Assembly: GCA_964512235.1 (NCBI GenBank)
Contig: CAZEGD010000002.1
Span: 40,768 to 104,767, forward strand
Direction of reading: 5' to 3'
Source: an uncultured archaeon
GTDB taxonomy: Archaea; Aenigmatarchaeota; Aenigmatarchaeia; CG10238-14; SCSR01
Length of the DNA stretch: 64,000 bases
Made by a program: the position numbers and the translations under genes. Shown in pieces: positions 58,678 through 64,000 of this stretch. Position 1 is the stretch's first letter. Each line of letters starts with the position of its first letter. The notes under the pieces were generated by a model, which saw nothing but the letters and a program-made list of their open reading frames with translations, was not told the DNA's origin and did no database searches.

Positions 58678-59448
58678 TTGAGGATTTTGATGAAAAAACT
58701 AAAAGATAGAGTTGCAATAGTTACAGGGGCAGGTCAAGGTATAGGCAAAGGAATAGTACTAGAACTTGCAAAAGAAGGTGCAAAGGTAGTCGTTTCAGAT
58801 ATAAACGAAAAGACTATGAATGAGACAGTTGAAGAGATTAAAAAATTGGGGGCAGAAGCGATTGGAGTAAAGGCAGATGTGGCAAATTCGGCAGAAGTCG
58901 AGGAAATAGTTAAAAGAACTCTGGAGCAATTTGGAAGAGTAGATATATTAGTTAATAATGCTGGTATTTGCAAAACTTCTCAAGTTACAGATATGAGTGA
59001 AGATGAGTGGGACAAAGTACTCGCAATAAATTTAAAGGGAGTCTTTTTATGTTCTAAAACGGTACTTCCAAAAATGGTAGAACAAAAATACGGGAAAATA
59101 ATTAACATCACTTCTATAGCCGGAGCTAAAATTGCTTGGCCAAAAATTGGTCACTATGTTGCATCGAAAGCCGGTATAATTGGACTAACAAGAAACTTAG
59201 CACTTGATTACAGCCGGTACGGAATTAATGTAAATGCAGTTGCGCCCGGCGCTATAGAAACAGCGATGCTAGATAGTGTGTTGAAAGACTTGGGTATGAC
59301 GAGAGAGCAGGTTATACAAGGAATTCCACTTGGCAGAATTGGGCAACCAGAGGATATAGCAAAGGTAGTTGCGTTCTTGGCATCGGATGATTCAAGCTAC
59401 ATAACAGGACAAACAATAATTACAGACGGTGGCTATACAATTCAATAG
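58678..59448 (+). CDS. classical SDR oxidoreductase (FabG-like)
   Basis: [26 protein letters not shown]. Confidence 0.9.
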   Translation: MRILMKKLKDRVAIVTGAGQGIGKGIVLELAKEGAKVVVSDINEKTMNETVEEIKKLGAEAIGVKADVANSAEVEEIVKRTLEQFGRVDILVNNAGICKTSQVTDMSEDEWDKVLAINLKGVFLCSKTVLPKMVEQKYGKIINITSIAGAKIAWPKIGHYVASKAGIIGLTRNLALDYSRYGINVNAVAPGAIETAMLDSVLKDLGMTREQVIQGIPLGRIGQPEDIAKVVAFLASDDSSYITGQTIITDGGYTIQ

Positions 59449-59457
59449 GTAGGTCAA

Positions 59458-60453
59458 ATGAAAATTCTAGTAACAGGCGGAGCCGGATTTATGGGGTCTT
59501 GGCTAGTGGACGAACTCATCAGCCGCGGCCACAAAGTCGTTAGCGTTGACGATCTAAGCGGCGGATTCATGCGTAACGTAAGCAAAAAATGCAAATTCAT
59601 CAAAATGGATCTACGCAACACCAAGAAAGTTTTCAAAGTCACAAAAGGAGTTGATATAATATTTCACCTTGCTGCATATGCAGCAGAAGGCCAGTCTGTG
59701 TTCTCACCGATAGAAATAAACGACATAAACATAAAGCCGATGAACAATCTACTCGTAGCGGCCGTGAACAATGGTATCAAGAAGTTCATTTTCACTTCTT
59801 CCATGGCAGTCTATGGTGACCAGAAGCCACCATTCAATGAAAAGATGGCTAGAATGCCGGAAGACCCATACGGCTGCGGTAAATCATACTGTGAGCGTAT
59901 GCTTGAAATTTTTGCAGAGACATATGGATTTAATTATACTATCGTAAGGCCACACAATGTGTACGGACCAAGGCAGAATATATCAGATCCTTACAGAAAT
60001 GTGCTAGGCATATGGATAAATAGGATCATGCGAAGAAAGCCACCACTCATCTATGGCGACGGAAAACAAACTAGAGCATTTTCTTACATAGAAGATGTCA
60101 CACCACCGCTTGCAAATGTTGGGTTCTTTAGGAAGGCAAACGGCCAGATAATAAACTTGGGCAGCGATGAAGTGATGACTATAAATAAAGCATGCAGAGT
60201 CGTACTGGATAAAATGGACAGTAAATTAAAGCCAAAGCATGTAGAGTCAAGACCATGTGAAGTGAAGCACGCACATTGCACAATCAAAAAATCTCAAAAG
60301 ATTTTGGGGTACAGGACAAAGCATAAACTGAAAGATGGGATAAAGAAAATGGTAGAATGGGCTAGAAAGACCGGCCCGCAGAAGCCAACCTACAGGTTGC
60401 CATTGGAGATAACAAAAAGAGCGCCAAAAGTATGGTATAAAAAAATGATTTAA
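59458..60453 (+). CDS. NAD-dependent epimerase/dehydratase
   Basis: TGGAGFMG, HLAA, SSMAVYG, YGCGK, NVYGP. Confidence 0.92.
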   Translation: MKILVTGGAGFMGSWLVDELISRGHKVVSVDDLSGGFMRNVSKKCKFIKMDLRNTKKVFKVTKGVDIIFHLAAYAAEGQSVFSPIEINDINIKPMNNLLVAAVNNGIKKFIFTSSMAVYGDQKPPFNEKMARMPEDPYGCGKSYCERMLEIFAETYGFNYTIVRPHNVYGPRQNISDPYRNVLGIWINRIMRRKPPLIYGDGKQTRAFSYIEDVTPPLANVGFFRKANGQIINLGSDEVMTINKACRVVLDKMDSKLKPKHVESRPCEVKHAHCTIKKSQKILGYRTKHKLKDGIKKMVEWARKTGPQKPTYRLPLEITKRAPKVWYKKMI

Positions 60454-61727
60454 TTTGTTTCTTTGACTACACCGACAGCTATTGTAACGCCACTATCTCT
60501 TATGAGTATTCTTCCCAATTGTGGGGTTTCAGTCTGCTTTTCTATCACAAAAGGCTCCGTAGCGACAAACTTTACAGTACCAGCATCGTCCATAGAAAGC
60601 ACTTTTACTTTTCCTCCGGAAACCTTTCCACTTCTAGGATCCATCTTGTTGATGATTTTTTCAGCCTTACATTGCACATTAGCTGTACCACACCTTATTA
60701 TATAATCTCTACCTTCTACGACTTCACCGTCATCTTCGAGTATGAATATCTCTGCACTGAACTCTTTGGAAACATTCGGCACATCTTTACCACTACTGAA
60801 TACATAACCGCGTTTGATTTCTGATATGCCGATGACTTTGATTCCAATATTCTCACCTGCTACAGCCCGCACCTTTTCTTTATTCCACATTTGTATCGAT
60901 TCAACAGTACCACGCTCCCCAGAAGGGCTAACAACTACTTCGTCGCCAACTTCTACTTTACCCAGTTCTACCCTTCCGACTATTACTCTCTCTCCTCCAA
61001 CCTCGTAAGAGTCTTGAACAGGTATCCTTAAAGGACTGTCTGCATAATTCTTTGGCTCAATTGTAAAATTGTCTAGGGCTTCAACTAATGTCGGCCCGTC
61101 ATACCATTCCATTCTTTCAGACTTCTTTAAGACATTGTCACCTTCCATGGCCGATACTGGAACGATTTGTACATTCTCTGTAACGTATCCCATAGATTCG
61201 AGCATATCCTTTATATCGGACGAAATTATGTAAAATATTTCCTTGTCATAATCTACAGTATCCATCTTGTTGACGGCAACGACAAGCCTGTCTATACCCA
61301 TCTCTTTTGCCAGCCATGCATGTTCTTTACTCTGGCTTTGCACACCTTCGCTAAGCTTTGCGGATACTACGAACATAGAGATTTCTCCATAAGACGCGCC
61401 GCTGATCATATTCTTTATGAACTCTTTATGCCCGGGGCAATCTATGAAGTTGTACAAATACTTTTCACTTTTAAACGGGACCTGTACAGTATCTATGGTC
61501 ATCGCCTCCTCCCGCTCTTCTTGAAAGGTATCAAGGATGAATGCATATTCAAACTTTTCTTTATTGAGTTTTTTGAGCACAGATTTTATTTCTTCCAACC
61601 TGTCAGGTTTCAGCTGTCCAGAGTCGTATATAATCCTACCTATGAGCGTAGATTTTCCATGGTCTATGTGACCTATTGCAACAATGTTTACGTTTGGTAG
61701 TTTATTTTTTTCCATCACAACCACCAA
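60450..61727 (-). CDS. cysN: EF-1alpha-like GTPase, probable sulfate adenylyltransferase subunit 1
   Basis: GHIDHGKST, DCPGH, NKMD, SA-EGDN; same operon as cysD. Confidence 0.72.
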   Translation of the reverse strand: MVVVMEKNKLPNVNIVAIGHIDHGKSTLIGRIIYDSGQLKPDRLEEIKSVLKKLNKEKFEYAFILDTFQEEREEAMTIDTVQVPFKSEKYLYNFIDCPGHKEFIKNMISGASYGEISMFVVSAKLSEGVQSQSKEHAWLAKEMGIDRLVVAVNKMDTVDYDKEIFYIISSDIKDMLESMGYVTENVQIVPVSAMEGDNVLKKSERMEWYDGPTLVEALDNFTIEPKNYADSPLRIPVQDSYEVGGERVIVGRVELGKVEVGDEVVVSPSGERGTVESIQMWNKEKVRAVAGENIGIKVIGISEIKRGYVFSSGKDVPNVSKEFSAEIFILEDDGEVVEGRDYIIRCGTANVQCKAEKIINKMDPRSGKVSGGKVKVLSMDDAGTVKFVATEPFVIEKQTETPQLGRILIRDSGVTIAVGVVKETN

Positions 61728-62445
61728 TTTGCGGAATTACACTGTAAAAATCTGTTATTTTTGGCATGTTGCCAAAACTGACTTCTCCACTCGATGACCA
61801 AAATCCATTCATAGTATGGTCTCCGTACCTACCTTCACCTATTCTTTCCATGCCATGGTCAGACACAATCAAAATTGGACAGTCATAATCTTCTGCAACT
61901 TTCCCGACAACGCTATCCAATTCTTCATAGACTTCTCTCATCTTTTCTTCTATCCCAAAACTTAAATGACCTACAGCATCTATAAGATCGAAATAAACCA
62001 TTACAACTTCGTAGTCCTTCTCATTCCCTAAGGTATCAAAAAATTCCTTCTTTATCTTTTCATGGTTCTCCCAAACAACTTTGTCAAATTCCTCGACTGT
62101 ATTCTCTTTTTTGAAATAACCAGCTAGGTATTTCCTCTCCATGGCATGCTCATCTTGTTTGAGAGTGAAAGCGGGAACGTCTATGGCCTTGAATGAGTTG
62201 AAGAACTTGAAGAAGGTACGTTCTTTGGGTAGGGTAAAATTCCATAAATCTTCTTTTATTTCATCTTCCATATTTTTTCCATTCAGGAAAGAGGACCAGA
62301 GCACTACTGTTTTTGGCAATTCGAACTCAGATATATCAGTCTGACCGTAATTTTTCTGCATCAAATTTTTACACTTAAACTTCTCTACCATTGATTTATC
62401 AAGTGCATCAATTCCAAATATTATCATCTTCAATTTTTTCACCAC
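61702..62445 (-). CDS. alkaline phosphatase/sulfatase superfamily protein
   Basis: FGIDALD, T-V-W-S, D-VGH, VSDHG, DH. Confidence 0.75.
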   Translation of the reverse strand: MVKKLKMIIFGIDALDKSMVEKFKCKNLMQKNYGQTDISEFELPKTVVLWSSFLNGKNMEDEIKEDLWNFTLPKERTFFKFFNSFKAIDVPAFTLKQDEHAMERKYLAGYFKKENTVEEFDKVVWENHEKIKKEFFDTLGNEKDYEVVMVYFDLIDAVGHLSFGIEEKMREVYEELDSVVGKVAEDYDCPILIVSDHGMERIGEGRYGDHTMNGFWSSSGEVSFGNMPKITDFYSVIPQIGGCDGKK

Positions 62446-62448
62446 CCT

Positions 62449-63282
62449 TTACATATAACCCAAACTTCTCAGCTTCTGCATGGCATATTCTCGTTCTTTA
62501 TCTTGTGCACGTCCTGAGCGTTCTGACACTATTGTAATTTTTAATTCTTCAATTATTTCATCTATAGTACTGGCATCAGAGTCTATAGGAACTGTACACG
62601 GCTGGCAACCAAGACTGCGGAACCTTTTGTGTTTCCATCCAAACTGTTGCTCAACAAACTTCGCAGAGTAAAGCTGGTTCCATGGCATATTCTCTCGCTT
62701 GACATATCTCCAACAGTCTAACTCCGTCCAATGCAATATTGGATGTACACGTACATGTGAAGCTTCCTTGAAAGTATGTTCGAACAAATCCCAGACTTCT
62801 GTAGGCTGGTTTTTATGTTGCCAGCGAAAGTCTTTGTCTCTCGGAGAAAAATAACGCTCTTTCGCACGAATACCATGTTCGTCCCTTCTAATAGAAACTA
62901 AAATAGCATCAAATCCTCTCTCATCTATAACCTTCTTTAGCACTTCCGTCTTCAATGTTGTGCAGCAAACATCTCTTCCCTTGTCGGGACCCATTCCATT
63001 TTCCAAAGCTTCTTTATTTTTTGCAACTATCAAATCCAAATTCCATTCTTTTGCCATCTTATCTCTGAATTCGTATATCTGCGGAAACTTACAGCCTGTG
63101 TCTATATGTATGACAGGAAACGGTATCTTCCCGAAAAACGCCTTTTTGCAAAGCCATAGACATACTGTAGAATCCTTGCCGGTAGACCACATCACGGCTG
63201 GATTTTTGAATTCAGCCACAGCTTCCCGTATGACGTATATACTTCTTTCTTCAAGTTTGTTCAAGTCGTTTAATGCTTCCAT
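62449..63282 (-). CDS. cysD: sulfate adenylyltransferase subunit 2
   Basis: WSTGKDS, HIDTG, RRDE..RAKERYFS, RSLGC, ER-GR..D, GYM. Confidence 0.93.
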   Translation of the reverse strand: MEALNDLNKLEERSIYVIREAVAEFKNPAVMWSTGKDSTVCLWLCKKAFFGKIPFPVIHIDTGCKFPQIYEFRDKMAKEWNLDLIVAKNKEALENGMGPDKGRDVCCTTLKTEVLKKVIDERGFDAILVSIRRDEHGIRAKERYFSPRDKDFRWQHKNQPTEVWDLFEHTFKEASHVRVHPILHWTELDCWRYVKRENMPWNQLYSAKFVEQQFGWKHKRFRSLGCQPCTVPIDSDASTIDEIIEELKITIVSERSGRAQDKEREYAMQKLRSLGYM

Positions 63283-63291
63283 TTTTTCACC

Positions 63292-64000
63292 TCATATAAC
63301 CATTTTGACAAGAGTCACTATACCTAAGACAGCGATGAATAATCCCACTATAAGCAAAGCCTTCTTTTCATTCATCTTAAAAGTTGTATACGATGCCGGT
63401 AAAGTCGCTAAGAAAGCTCCAAGTATAATGGGAATTGCTATATCCCAATTGAATGGCATGACTAAGCGGTAAAATAAGATTGCACTTAGGGACATTACTC
63501 CCTCTGCAAGTGTGGTTGATCCAATAGCTTTTTTTGGGTCTATACCTGAGAGCGAGAGACCACTTGTCGCGACAGGACCAAAACCACCTCCACTTATCGC
63601 TTTATTGAAACCACATAACGATCCTATTCCAATTATCTTTGACCAAGCGAATTTTCCTTTGAATTCACCCTTGAAATATTTTCTTATCATTAAAATACCA
63701 AGAACTAGAACTAAACTTCCAATATATGTCTTCAGTAACCATTTTGGTATGGACATAGCAACTGTAACACCAAGTAGACTACCCAATACTGCAAATATGG
63801 CTATTGCTATACCAATTTTTATATTAACATTTCCAAAGCCTTTATGAAGTACACCACCAGTAAAGCCAGTTATTGTTTCTGACAAAAGAATTATAGGAAT
63901 AATTTCCAACGGTGAATATCCCATGCTCATAAACAACGGAGTCAGAATAGTACCGTAACCACCTCCCAAGGCAGAGTCTATATATTCAAAAATAAATCCA
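63292..64000 (-). CDS. TauE/SafE sulfite exporter family protein (5' end beyond window)
   Basis: DSALGGGYG, GGGFGP, AIGST; multi-TM. Confidence 0.85.
   Translation of the reverse strand, partial: GFIFEYIDSALGGGYGTILTPLFMSMGYSPLEIIPIILLSETITGFTGGVLHKGFGNVNIKIGIAIAIFAVLGSLLGVTVAMSIPKWLLKTYIGSLVLVLGILMIRKYFKGEFKGKFAWSKIIGIGSLCGFNKAISGGGFGPVATSGLSLSGIDPKKAIGSTTLAEGVMSLSAILFYRLVMPFNWDIAIPIILGAFLATLPASYTTFKMNEKKALLIVGLFIAVLGIVTLVKMVI

Noticed and set aside
60450..61727. Second true elongation factor or SelB
   Set aside because: Operon context with cysD, altered switch I and no SelB C-terminal extension favour CysN

Overview
Archaeal chromosomal segment. The gene content, short leaderless promoters and ORFan style suggest a DPANN lineage, possibly Aenigmarchaeota-like; this assignment is inference. 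Housekeeping blocks: aEF-1alpha/S10, gltX-L7Ae-S28e-L24e, S13-S4-S11-rpoD, ftsZ-secE-spt5-L11-L1-L10-L12, fibrillarin/nop5, hel308, hjc, xerA and three tRNAs (Ala-GGC, intron-containing Leu-TAA, Pro-CGG). An accessory region (~6.5-19.5 kb) is rich in wHTH genes, nucleases, ORFans and repeated DNA motifs. The right end holds an NDP-sugar operon and a convergent sulfate-activation operon. Main highlights: (1) an intact family-B DNA polymerase ends in a PolD-DP2-type Zn finger and lies directly behind a catalytically dead DP1-like gene, resembling a eukaryote-style PolB + B-subunit pair; (2) just upstream is an origin-like locus with 22-bp-phased TGTT boxes, a central palindrome and flanking wHTH genes; (3) an HTH gene is embedded in its own CGATTGAAT palindromic repeats, next to an oriented AACTCTCAC motif field; (4) a protamine/RS-like 34-aa microprotein; (5) a tRNA-Leu intron that may guide 2'-O-methylation of its own U34; (6) an EF-1alpha-like CysN. 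All calls come from reading the sequence and ORF track; no database searches were run.
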